Below are positions 17,109 to 25,604 of a stretch of DNA of 39,952 bases, piece after piece. This stretch comes from Methylacidiphilum sp. (GTDB lineage: Bacteria > Verrucomicrobiota > Verrucomicrobiia > CAIQCK01): assembly GCA_020718125.1 (NCBI GenBank), contig DYDC01000002.1:1-39952 (forward strand), read 5' to 3'. Both the position numbers and the translations under genes were made by a program. Under the pieces are notes generated by a model. That model had not been told where the DNA came from, made no database searches, and saw only the letters and a list, made by a program, of their open reading frames with translations. Each line of letters opens with the position of its first letter. Position 1 is the stretch's first letter.

Positions 17109-19327
17109 TTGAGTGCCAGTTCAACATAGTAACTGCGTCCGCGGCCGATGTAGTAGGAGTAGTATTCCCGGTCGAACACGTTGTCCACGTAGAATGAGAC
17201 CTTCAATCGCTCGATGGGCTTGATCGTAAGGTGCGTGTCCCACAACCAACATTTCGTGTAGCCTCCGTAAACATCTTCCTCGTCGTTGTTGAGTTCCGTG
17301 GTGTAAATGCGCCCTGTGTAACGCCCGCTGATGCCGCATTGAATCCACTTGTAGCTGACATCGGCTCCGAGCTTGACCATTTCATCCGGCACGCTCGGAA
17401 GCCGCTGGCCTTCCGCATCAGGCTGGCGATCGTTCTTCAACACTTCCGAAAGCGTGTAAGTGTAATTGCCCCACAACCTCAGCCAGTCCCAAGGTTGGAA
17501 GGACAGTTCCGCCTCCACGCCGTCAAGTTGGGCGTTGGCGACGTTTTCCTTGTAGCTGTCCCTGGTGCCATAAATGTTGTTCGTGGTGTAGGAACTGATC
17601 ACGTTGTCCAGTATCGAGTGAAAGTAAGTCACGCCGGCCTTGATTTTGCGGTCCCAGAAATACTGGTCCACCCCACCCTCGAAGTTCCAGATGGTTTCCG
17701 GTTCGAGATTGGGGTTGGAGTGATACGTGGTGGTGCCAGAGAACCAGGTCCGATACATCTCGTATAGCGTCGGCGCGCGAAACGCCTCGCCGATAGAGCC
17801 GCGCACGTAGGTATCGTCCATCGCATGCCACACGGCGGAAAACTTCGGAGTCAAAGCCCAGTCGTCCGGTGCGTCAAACTTCTCCACCTTGGATACCGGA
17901 CCGGACTGTCCGTCGAAGGCAGACCAATGATCGAAGCGCAATCCGCCGTAAACCGTCAGGTTCTCCATGACCTTCCATTCATCCTGAAAATAAAGCGCCT
18001 GCGAACAATCTGCGCCATCCGTGAGATCGGTCTTAACGGTCTTGCTGTCGGGATCGCGATAGAAGCTCACGTCGTAGCCCTCTTGGGAAAGATCGTCGTA
18101 GCGAAAATAAACCCCGAACGTGACCGTGTGGTCGTCCAGAACCGGAATGGACCCCTGCCAATCGGCGAGCCACGCGCGCATGGTGGACTGACTGTAGTCG
18201 CCGGGAGAGGTGTAGTAGTTCTGATTGGTTGTTGCGCTGCTCGTGGCATACCAAGCATCCCTCGTTTGGAAACCCACGCGGGTCTTCATCACCAGTTCTC
18301 CGAATTTGTCATCGTAACCGATGCCCGTGATGACATAGTCCTCGCTTCCAGGCCCGGTGCCAGAGACGAAAGTAGATGGCGTAATGCTCGCGGTGGCATA
18401 GCCGTTGCCTACGTTCATTCTGCCACTCATCGCAGCATTGCCGGAGGAATCCATCATATAGGTGTGAGGCCGATCATAGCCATATTCGTGGTGCCCATAC
18501 TGGAAGTCCAGGAACACCGTGCCGGTTTTTGTTATGTCGTATCCGAGTTCCAGATTCGCGTTCCATTTCTGCGCCCAGTTGTCTCCCCTGTCGCCAATCG
18601 TCCATTGCGCCGCGCCGGTCGTGCTTTGGGTTGGATGACCTCCATGCAATTGGGTCGTGCCCCCGCCGATGGCGCTCTTGCTGACGTTGCGAGTTACAGG
18701 ATTCGCGACATAACCGTCGGTTTCCTCCATTTCATAGCCGACTCGAAACCAGAACTTCTCGTCTATGCGATCGCCCGCGTGAAACGAGTGGCGGATGGTG
18801 TTGTCCGACCCATAACCCGCCTTGGCCTCGATTTCCAGTTCCTGCGGCCTCGCCGTGATGATATTGATCACGCCGCCCATCGCATAGCCGCCGTAAAGGG
18901 CCGATGATGGACCGCGCACGACCTCGATCCGTTCAATGTTCTCCGCGCTGATCTCGTTCCAAGACACTCCGCCGTCATAGCCGCTGTTGATCGGCAGTCC
19001 GTTCATCAGAACCAGAGTTCGATTCTGACCATAAAGGCCGCGCATGAAAACACTGGCCATCGCATCCGCGAGACCTTTGGTCCGGCGAACATAGACCCCC
19101 GATTCGTGCTTGAGCGCGTCATCCACGGTTTGGACATGTTGTTGCTCGATCTGTTGCTTGGTCACGACGGTGGCGTGTGCGGGTGCTTCATCGAGTGTTT
19201 TCTCGCTTCGAGTGGCGGTTACCACCACCTCGTCCATCACGGGCGTTTGACTCACAACATGGGTCGTGTCTTGGGCGACGGCGCACGCTACGGCGAACGG
19301 CAATACGGCGATGGCGAACCTTTGCAT
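17102..19327 (-). CDS. TonB-dependent outer-membrane receptor (full length)
   Basis: ORF 17102..19489. The likely start is MQRFAIAVLPFAVACAVAQD at 19327. It has a TonB box/plug (DEVVVTATRSEKTLDEAPAHATVV), plug motifs (RGLYGQNRTLVLMNG, VVRGPSSALYGG), and a C-terminus ..YYVELALKW. Confidence 0.9.
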   Translation of the reverse strand: MQRFAIAVLPFAVACAVAQDTTHVVSQTPVMDEVVVTATRSEKTLDEAPAHATVVTKQQIEQQHVQTVDDALKHESGVYVRRTKGLADAMASVFMRGLYGQNRTLVLMNGLPINSGYDGGVSWNEISAENIERIEVVRGPSSALYGGYAMGGVINIITARPQELEIEAKAGYGSDNTIRHSFHAGDRIDEKFWFRVGYEMEETDGYVANPVTRNVSKSAIGGGTTQLHGGHPTQSTTGAAQWTIGDRGDNWAQKWNANLELGYDITKTGTVFLDFQYGHHEYGYDRPHTYMMDSSGNAAMSGRMNVGNGYATASITPSTFVSGTGPGSEDYVITGIGYDDKFGELVMKTRVGFQTRDAWYATSSATTNQNYYTSPGDYSQSTMRAWLADWQGSIPVLDDHTVTFGVYFRYDDLSQEGYDVSFYRDPDSKTVKTDLTDGADCSQALYFQDEWKVMENLTVYGGLRFDHWSAFDGQSGPVSKVEKFDAPDDWALTPKFSAVWHAMDDTYVRGSIGEAFRAPTLYEMYRTWFSGTTTYHSNPNLEPETIWNFEGGVDQYFWDRKIKAGVTYFHSILDNVISSYTTNNIYGTRDSYKENVANAQLDGVEAELSFQPWDWLRLWGNYTYTLSEVLKNDRQPDAEGQRLPSVPDEMVKLGADVSYKWIQCGISGRYTGRIYTTELNNDEEDVYGGYTKCWLWDTHLTIKPIERLKVSFYVDNVFDREYYSYYIGRGRSYYVELALKW

Positions 19328-19392
19328 GGACTGATTTCTCCACTGTTGCGAGGGACCAGTCATCCGGCGGAGACGAAGGCGGGAAAGCGTCG

Positions 19393-19436
19393 CAAATAAA
19401 AAGCCCTCAACTCCGCATCGGGAAGACTGAAGGCTT
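19393..19436 (-). terminator. Intrinsic terminator/attenuator in the leader of the TBDR operon (riboswitch expression platform candidate)
   Basis: Minus strand: AAGCCUUCA-(18 nt, itself partly paired)-UGAGGGCUU followed by UUUUAUUU. It lies 66 nt upstream of the TBDR ATG and about 140 nt downstream of the aptamer. Confidence 0.5.
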
Positions 19437-19459
19437 GTCGAAGACCCGGGCCATTGGGT

Positions 19460-19494
19460 ATTCCGCATTCCGCACTCCGCGTTCTGCATTTCCC
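19460..19494 (-). repeat. Degenerate tandem heptamer repeat (GCGGAAT)n in the TBDR leader
   Basis: The forward strand reads attccgc attccgc actccgc gttctgc atttccc. Confidence 0.6.
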
Positions 19495-19574
19495 CGTGGC
19501 CGCCCCCTCATCCTTCCTTCTTGCGAAGAAGTATGTTTCCCACGGCTCCTGTGAGCCGCGGACGATGAGCGCGC

Positions 19575-19740
19575 GTTGGCCGGTCTCCTGACTTCTGGCA
19601 TCAACCTTGACCTCGCCTTCCCAACCGTCTTGCGACGACCAGTGGCGTCTTGAGGTCTCGTAGCCAGTCACAGTGGCGCGACCGTGCCGGATTCACACCG
19701 GCTTCCCGTAAACATTCCGCATCCGCGGAACGCACCAACT
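19575..19740 (-). ncRNA. Cobalamin (AdoCbl) riboswitch aptamer
   Basis: Minus strand: GGGAAGCCGGUGUGAAUCCGGCACGGUCGCGCCACUGUGA ... GCCACUGG ... GGGAAGGCGA ... GAAGUCAGGAGACCGGCC (B12 box). P1 candidate GUUGG/CCAAC. Confidence 0.9.
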
Positions 19741-19839
19741 CGCGGCAGTATAAACTGTGTCAAAGAACCGCGCGCACTCTAGCGGCGCGGCGGCGCGCCA
19801 CTCAAGAACTTTCTTGCCGCCGCCGCTTTGACCGCATGC

Positions 19840-19869
19840 TTGACTCGGCTGTTGCCAGCCGCCTAGTAT
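19840..19869 (+). promoter_or_regulatory. Sigma-70-like promoter candidate for the B12 biosynthesis operon
   Basis: TTGACT (19840-19845), an 18-nt spacer, then TAGTAT (19864-19869). This places a start site just before the + strand riboswitch. Confidence 0.35.
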
Positions 19870-20030
19870 CGCCGTGACATGCAGGGAAGCTGGTGTGACT
19901 CCAGCGCGGCCCCGCCACTGTGACCGGGGACGAAAGCCGCTTGAAAAGCCACTGTCACAATGTGGTGGTTGCGATGGGAAGGCTGCGGTGAGTAGGCCGA
20001 TCCGGAAGCCAGGATACCAGAACGCGCGCT
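19870..20030 (+). ncRNA. Cobalamin (AdoCbl) riboswitch aptamer
   Basis: GGGAAGCUGGUGUGACUCCAGCGCGGCCCCGCCACUGUGACC ... AGCCACUGU ... GGGAAGGCUG ... GAAGCCAGGAUACCAGAA (B12-box-like). Confidence 0.9.
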
Positions 20031-20082
20031 TGTCGCGCTCCTTCGAGGGAAGGCCATGCCTGGCTTTGCCCGCACTGGCTTG

Positions 20083-20115
20083 AGCCTGTTCCTCGGAGAA
20101 CAGGCTTTTATTTTT
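20083..20115 (+). terminator. Intrinsic terminator/attenuator (expression platform of the + strand riboswitch)
   Basis: AGCCUGUUC-cucgga-GAACAGGCU followed by UUUAUUUUU. It ends 18 nt before the GTG start at 20133. Confidence 0.6.
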
Positions 20116-20132
20116 GCGGGCGAGGTCGAAGC

Positions 20133-22688
20133 GTGAATTTCGGTCATGGCGGTAACATTCGGGAGATGGCGAAGCGCGCCGGCTGCGACCGCGCCTTTCT
20201 GCTCGATTTCAGCGCCAACATCAACCCCCTCGGCCCGCCTGATTGCCTGCGCGCCGTCATCAGCCGCCACGTGGAGGCGTTGGTGGAGTATCCCGACCCC
20301 GACGCTGCCGAACTGACGGCTGCCATCGCGCGGCGTTACGGCGCGCCAGGAGAGCAGATCGTGGTTGGCAACGGCGCCAGCGAGTTGCTCGATGCCGCCG
20401 CCCGCGCGTTGGCCATCAAACGCGCCGTCATTCCCGTGCCGAGCTACCTCGACTACGTGCGCGCCGCTGGACTTGCCGGCGCTGAGATTGCCCGATTGCC
20501 ACTGCGTGAAGATGATGGATTCGTCCTCGATTGGGAGGCCCTGCGAGTTTTGTTGCACGGCAATGAGGCTGTGTTTCTCGGCCAGCCGAACAATCCCACG
20601 GGATTGCCGCTGGAATCCGAACGTCTGCGGCAGTTCGCGGCGGCACATCCCGCGACGACGTTTGTCGTGGATGAAGCGTTTGCTGAGTTCATTGAAGGCT
20701 GCGCGTCATTGATCCGCGATTGTCCCTCCAACGTGACCGTGTTGCGCTCGCTCACGAAGTTCTACGCCATCCCAGGTCTGCGACTCGGATTTGCGGTCGC
20801 GCCGCCGGAACTGGCCGCGCGCATCCGCCGCCAACTGCCGCTGTGGTCGGTCAACTCGCTCGCACAAGCCGTTGGCGTGGCCGTGCTGGCCGATGAAGAC
20901 TACGCGCGGCGAACGGTTGCGTTTGTTCAGGAGCGTCGGCAGGAACTTCAGCGCGCACTCGCGGCGATACCGGGGCTGCACGTTTACCCGGGCACTGCGA
21001 ACTTCCTGCTCGTCCGGCTGGACCGTGACGCGCAGCCGCTCGCTGAACGGCTGCTCGCCGACGGCATCGCCATCCGCATTTTCAGCCCCGCTGAACAACT
21101 CGACCGTCGTTTCTTCCGCGTTGCCGTGCGCGCCGCCGCCGACAACGAGCGGCTCCGTGAGGCGATTCGAGGCGCGCTCGGTGTCGCGTCGCCGAGGCCG
21201 CCACGGCGCAAACGCGCCGCGACGTTGATGTTTCAAGGCGCCAGTTCCAATGCCGGCAAGAGTGTGTTGACCGCCGCGATGTGCCGCATCCTGCTCCAGG
21301 ACGGCGTGCGCGTCGCGCCGTTCAAGGCGCAGAACATGTCGCTCAACTCCTTCGTCACCCGCGACGGTGACGAGATGGGGCGCGCGCAGGTCGTGCAGGC
21401 CCAGGCTTGCCGGCTGGAGCCGGACGTGCGGATGAATCCGATCCTGCTCAAGCCCAACAGCGACACCGGCAGCCAGGTCATTGTCCGCGGCAAGCCCGTC
21501 GGCAACATGCGCGTCGGCGAGTATGTGAACTATAAACCGCGGGCGTTTGAGGCGGTGAAGTCCTGCTTCGATTCCCTCGCCGCCGAGTTCGACGCCGTGA
21601 TTCTCGAAGGCGCCGGCTCGCCCGGCGAGGTCAACCTCAAGCGCCACGACATCGTCAACATGCGCATGGCGGAATACGCCGGCGCGCCGGTGCTCATCGT
21701 CGGCGACATTGACCGTGGTGGCGTCTATGCGTCCTTCGTCGGCACGATGGAAGTGCTCGCGGCGTGGGAGCGCGCGCTGGTAGCCGGCTGGATCGTCAAC
21801 CGTTTCCGCGGTGACGCGAGCCTGCTGGCATCGGCGCACGATTATACGCTGCGCCACAGCGGCCGGCCCGTGCTCGGCGTCGTGCCGTTCTTGAAAGACC
21901 TCGCCATCCCGCAGGAAGATTCGGTCGAGTTCAAGGCGGGCGTTTTGGATGACCGGCGCGCCGTCACCGACGCGGTGGAGATTGCACTGGTGGACCTGCC
22001 GCACATTTCCAACTTCACCGATTTCGACGCCTTTCGCGTGGAGCCGGACGTGCGTCTGCGCGTGGTGCGCTCGGCGGCGGAACTCGGCACTCCCGACGCG
22101 GTTGTCATCCCCGGCAGCAAGAACACACTCGGCGATCTCAATTACCTGAAATGTTCCGGCTTGGCGGCGCGCATTCAACAACTGGCGGACGCCGAGATTG
22201 TCGGCATCTGCGGCGGCTTCCAGATGCTCGGCCGTGAAATCCGCGACCCGCACGGCATCGAGAGCGGCGCGGGTCGCGATTTTGGCCTCGGTTTGCTTGC
22301 CGTGGACACGACGCTGGAGCGCGAAAAAACGCTCGTTCGCACGACGGCGACTCACGCGCTGTCGCGCTTGAGCGTCACAGGCTACGAGATTCACCACGGT
22401 CAGACGCCGTGCGACGAGCTTGCGGCGATCCTCAAGACCGCTAGCGGCGAGACAGTTGGCGTGGGGAGCAGTGATCATCGCGTGTGGGGCACGTATCTGC
22501 ACGGCGTGTTCGACGCGGACGAGTTTCGGCGATGGTTCATTGACCGGTTGCGCGTGCGGCGTGGCTTGGCGACTCTCGGCAGCGTCTGTGCACGCTACGA
22601 GATCGAAACGGCGCTCGACCGCCTCGCTGCCGTGGTGCGTGAGAGTCTCGACATGAAAGCGATTTACCGGCTGCTGAAGCTCGCATGA
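20133..22688 (+). CDS. cobQ: Fusion protein: L-threonine-O-3-phosphate decarboxylase (CobD) + cobyric acid synthase (CobQ/CbiP)
   Basis: 851 aa with a GTG start. The N-terminal half ([13 protein letters not shown]...[12 protein letters not shown]...[16 protein letters not shown]) is CobD-type class I/II aminotransferase fold. The C-terminal half starts [21 protein letters not shown] and carries the GATase part ([23 protein letters not shown]). Confidence 0.9.
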   Translation: MNFGHGGNIREMAKRAGCDRAFLLDFSANINPLGPPDCLRAVISRHVEALVEYPDPDAAELTAAIARRYGAPGEQIVVGNGASELLDAAARALAIKRAVIPVPSYLDYVRAAGLAGAEIARLPLREDDGFVLDWEALRVLLHGNEAVFLGQPNNPTGLPLESERLRQFAAAHPATTFVVDEAFAEFIEGCASLIRDCPSNVTVLRSLTKFYAIPGLRLGFAVAPPELAARIRRQLPLWSVNSLAQAVGVAVLADEDYARRTVAFVQERRQELQRALAAIPGLHVYPGTANFLLVRLDRDAQPLAERLLADGIAIRIFSPAEQLDRRFFRVAVRAAADNERLREAIRGALGVASPRPPRRKRAATLMFQGASSNAGKSVLTAAMCRILLQDGVRVAPFKAQNMSLNSFVTRDGDEMGRAQVVQAQACRLEPDVRMNPILLKPNSDTGSQVIVRGKPVGNMRVGEYVNYKPRAFEAVKSCFDSLAAEFDAVILEGAGSPGEVNLKRHDIVNMRMAEYAGAPVLIVGDIDRGGVYASFVGTMEVLAAWERALVAGWIVNRFRGDASLLASAHDYTLRHSGRPVLGVVPFLKDLAIPQEDSVEFKAGVLDDRRAVTDAVEIALVDLPHISNFTDFDAFRVEPDVRLRVVRSAAELGTPDAVVIPGSKNTLGDLNYLKCSGLAARIQQLADAEIVGICGGFQMLGREIRDPHGIESGAGRDFGLGLLAVDTTLEREKTLVRTTATHALSRLSVTGYEIHHGQTPCDELAAILKTASGETVGVGSSDHRVWGTYLHGVFDADEFRRWFIDRLRVRRGLATLGSVCARYEIETALDRLAAVVRESLDMKAIYRLLKLA

Positions 22689-23638
22689 CGCTTGAACTGC
22701 AAATCCTCTGCGCTGTCGGTCTCGACCTGTTGCTGGGCGATCCGCGATGGCTGCCGCATCCGGTGCGGGGCGTTGCGTGGCTCGCTGCGCGGCTGGAACG
22801 GCTGACACGCCGGCTGTTCGGGGGCACGCGAGTGGCCGGTGTTGTGACTGCATTCGGCGTTTATGCGACGGCAGGGGCATTGACTTGGGCTGTCATCGTG
22901 CTGGCGGGACGGTTTCATCCGTGGGCTGGCGACGCTGTCGCGATTGTGGCGATCTACGCGACCATCGCCGCGCGCGACCTGGTTCAGCACAGCGTCGCGG
23001 TTTATCGGGCGCTTCGGGCTGGCGGTTTGGCCGAGGCGCGGCGGCGCGTTGCGATGATCGTGGGGCGCGACGCCGGGCAACTCGACGAAGCTGGCGTCTC
23101 ACGCGCGGCGGTCGAGAGTGTGGCGGAGAGCACGGTGGATGGAGTCACGGCGCCGCTGTTTTATGCGATCCTTTTCGGCCCGGTTGGCGCGGTGGTTCAT
23201 CGCGCGATCAACACGCTGGACTCGATGTTCGGCCACAAGGACGAGCGTCACCTGCATTTCGGCTGGGCGTCGGCGCGCGTGGACGACGCGGCCAACTTTT
23301 TGCCAGCCCGTCTGACGGCGGTGGCGATGACGGTGGCGGCGGTGCTGACTGGATTTCGCGGACGGGATGCCTGGCGCATCGTGCGGCGCGATGCCCGCAA
23401 TCACGACAGTCCAAACGCTGGTTTTCCCGAAGCGGCGATGGCGGGCGCGCTGGCGGTGCAACTCGGCGGCGCCAGCTACTACGACGGCCAGCTACTCGCG
23501 AAACCGACCATTGGCGACGCGCTCACGCCGTTGGTTGCCTCGCATATTCGCCAAGCAAACGCGCTGATGTTTGCGACGCTCGCGGTGTTTGTGGCGCTGG
23601 GACTGGCGTTGCGGGCGTTATGGAGGGCTGCGGCATGA
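22685..23638 (+). CDS. cbiB: Adenosylcobinamide-phosphate synthase
   Basis: 317 aa. Membrane protein with [50 protein letters not shown] overlap with the upstream gene. Confidence 0.9.
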   Translation: MTLELQILCAVGLDLLLGDPRWLPHPVRGVAWLAARLERLTRRLFGGTRVAGVVTAFGVYATAGALTWAVIVLAGRFHPWAGDAVAIVAIYATIAARDLVQHSVAVYRALRAGGLAEARRRVAMIVGRDAGQLDEAGVSRAAVESVAESTVDGVTAPLFYAILFGPVGAVVHRAINTLDSMFGHKDERHLHFGWASARVDDAANFLPARLTAVAMTVAAVLTGFRGRDAWRIVRRDARNHDSPNAGFPEAAMAGALAVQLGGASYYDGQLLAKPTIGDALTPLVASHIRQANALMFATLAVFVALGLALRALWRAAA

Positions 23639-24159
23639 ACGCTCCGCGAATCCTGTTGTTCACTGGAGACGGCAAGGGCAAAACCACCGCGGCACTCGGG
23701 ATGGCGTTGCGGGCGGCGGGCCACGGCATGCGCGTCTGCATCGCGCAGTTCATCAAACGTGACGATTCCGTTGGCGAAGTCGCGGCGGTGCGTGACATGG
23801 CGAACATCCGGCTGCTGCAGACCGGCCTCGGCTTCGTGCCGGAGCGCAGTTCGCCGAAGTGTGCCGACCACCGGCGCGCAGCAGAAGACGGTTTGCGACA
23901 GGCCGCGCAGGCGATGGATAGCGGCGAGTTTCAAATGCTCGTGCTCGACGAAGTGTGCGCCGCGATTGCGAAGGGCCTGCTGGAGGAGGCAGCCGTCATC
24001 GAGCTTGCGGGCCGCGCAAAACCAGGGATGATTGTCGTGCTGACCGGCCGCGAAGCAAGCGACAAGCTCATCGCGTTGGCCGACACGGCGACCGAGATGC
24101 GCTGCATCAAACACGCGCTGCAAACCGGCCGTGCGGCCGAGGAGGGGGTGGAGCGATGA
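23635..24159 (+). CDS. cobO: Cob(I)yrinic acid a,c-diamide adenosyltransferase, CobA/CobO/BtuR type
   Basis: 174 aa in the frame of ORF 22747..24159. Motifs: LLFTGDGKGKTTAALGMALRAAGHG, LVLDEV, VVLTGR. ATGA overlaps on both sides. Confidence 0.9.
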   Translation: MNAPRILLFTGDGKGKTTAALGMALRAAGHGMRVCIAQFIKRDDSVGEVAAVRDMANIRLLQTGLGFVPERSSPKCADHRRAAEDGLRQAAQAMDSGEFQMLVLDEVCAAIAKGLLEEAAVIELAGRAKPGMIVVLTGREASDKLIALADTATEMRCIKHALQTGRAAEEGVER

Positions 24160-25604
24160 GCGCGCGTTGCCCAGCGTCGGTCATTGGCGGCGCCGGCAGC
24201 GGTGTTGGGAAAACATCGCTGACGCTCGGTCTGGCGGCGGCGCTGAAGCAGCGGGGCTTGCGTGTGCAGACGTTCAAGGTCGGCCCGGATTTTCTGGACC
24301 CGACGTATCTGGCGCTCGCATCAGGCCGCACCTGCTACAACCTCGACGGCTGGATGGCCGGGCGCGATTACGTCGAGCGGTTGTTCGCGCGCGCAACGGC
24401 GGACGCGGACATCGCGTTGATCGAGGGCGTCATGGGCCTATTTGACGGCGCGTCGGCGACTTCGCTCGAAGGTTCCACTGCCGAGATCGCGACGTGGTTG
24501 GACGCGCCGGTCTTGCTGGCAATCAACGCGCATGGCGTTGCGCGCAGTGTAGCGGCGGAGGTGAAGGGGTTTGCCACGTTTGAGCCAGCGGTGCGGATTG
24601 CCGGTGTCATCGCGAACCAGATTGGCGGCCAGCGGCATCGGCGGATGTTGGGTGAAGCGCTCGCGACCGCTCAACTGCCGCCGCTGGTCGGGGCCATGCC
24701 GCGCGGTGCGCTGCCGGCGTTGCCGAGCCGTCACTTGGGCTTGGTGACGGCAGACGCGGAGGTGTTGCCGGAGGAAACGATAGAGCGGCTGGCGGCGGCG
24801 TGCGTGGAGCATTTGGATTTGGATGGGATTGTGAAGATGGGTGACTGTAGCCGCCGACGTGAGGAGGCGGTGGACGTGGCTCGACATTCCAATGTCGAGA
24901 CGGGCGGTTGCGATACGCTGCCACAGCCCACGATCTCGACATTGGAATGTCGAGCGACTACCGGCTCCAAGCACTTTCGTCTCGGCGTCGCTTGGGATCG
25001 CGCGTTCCACTTTTATTATCCTGACAATCTCGAGGCGTTGGCGGCTGGCGGCGCCGAGATCGTGAAGTTCTCGCCCATCGCCGACCGCGCTTTGCCGCCC
25101 GACCTCGGCGCGATCTGCCTCGGCGGCGGTTATCCGGAAGTCCACGCCGAGGCGCTCTCTGCCAACCAGCCGATGCGCGAGGCCATCGCGGCATTTGCGG
25201 CGAGCGGGCGAGCGGTCTATGCCGAGTGCGGCGGGCTGATGTATTTGGGCCGGACGGTTCGCGCGCTGGACGGCCGCGTGTGGCCGATGGCGGGCGTGAT
25301 CCCGATCGAGACGGCGATGCTGGAACGGTTGCGCGCGTTGGGCTACGTCGAGGTGGAGTTGGCGGCGGATTCGTTGTGGGGCAGGGCGGGTCAGGCGCTG
25401 CGCGGCCACGAGTTTCATTACTCGGAAATCCGCAACGACGACTCGGCAGCGCAGGGCTGGCAGAAACCTTACCGCGTGGCTCATCGGCGCGGCGGGTCCG
25501 CGGCGGATGGGTTTCAGAAGGGCAACATTGTGGCCAGCTACGTCCATCTACATTTCGCATCGCGACCCGAGGCGGTGCGGCACTTCATTGAGGAAAGTTT
25601 ATGA
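24156..25604 (+). CDS. cbiA: Cobyrinic acid a,c-diamide synthase
   Basis: 482 aa. N-terminal ATPase (GAGSGVGKTSLTLGLAAAL..KVGPDFLDPTY..NLDGW) and C-terminal GATase (YAECGGLMYL, GHEFHYS). It contains an in-frame palindromic insert in the interdomain linker. Confidence 0.9.
   Translation: MSARCPASVIGGAGSGVGKTSLTLGLAAALKQRGLRVQTFKVGPDFLDPTYLALASGRTCYNLDGWMAGRDYVERLFARATADADIALIEGVMGLFDGASATSLEGSTAEIATWLDAPVLLAINAHGVARSVAAEVKGFATFEPAVRIAGVIANQIGGQRHRRMLGEALATAQLPPLVGAMPRGALPALPSRHLGLVTADAEVLPEETIERLAAACVEHLDLDGIVKMGDCSRRREEAVDVARHSNVETGGCDTLPQPTISTLECRATTGSKHFRLGVAWDRAFHFYYPDNLEALAAGGAEIVKFSPIADRALPPDLGAICLGGGYPEVHAEALSANQPMREAIAAFAASGRAVYAECGGLMYLGRTVRALDGRVWPMAGVIPIETAMLERLRALGYVEVELAADSLWGRAGQALRGHEFHYSEIRNDDSAAQGWQKPYRVAHRRGGSAADGFQKGNIVASYVHLHFASRPEAVRHFIEESL
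24880..24954. repeat. 75-bp element bounded by two 20-nt self-complementary repeats, in frame inside cbiA
   Basis: ctcgacattccaatgtcgag (24880-24899) and ctcgacattggaatgtcgag (24935-24954) are exact reverse complements of each other. Each is a 9-bp-arm palindrome. 75 nt equals 25 codons. Confidence 0.65.

Noticed and set aside
19328-19489. N-terminal extension of the TBDR ORF (MQNAECGMRNTQ...)
   Set aside because: The extension runs through the heptamer repeat and the attenuator hairpin of the riboswitch leader. A proper signal peptide starts at M(19327).
19747-19763. TTGACA and TATACT hexamers on the minus strand just upstream of the leftward riboswitch, as a sigma-70 promoter
   Set aside because: TATACT is well placed, about 6 nt before the aptamer P1. 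However, the TTGACA lies only 5 nt upstream of it, and there is no acceptable -35 at a 16-18 nt spacing. I therefore cannot call a complete promoter; the -10 alone may still be real.
20706-22880. 724-aa minus-strand ORF opposite cobD-cobQ
   Set aside because: It is a shadow ORF antisense to a motif-rich fusion gene, with low-complexity Arg/Ala composition and no domain signatures.
22747-23634. Long 5' part of ORF 22747..24159 (470 aa) as a real protein
   Set aside because: It is out of frame and overlaps the well-supported cbiB. Only the last 174 codons, from ATG 23635, show CobO/BtuR motifs.
24880-24954. CRISPR-like interpretation of the two 20-nt repeats in cbiA
   Set aside because: There are only two copies, in inverted orientation, each self-palindromic, inside a conserved CDS. 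There are no cas genes and no further repeat-spacer units.
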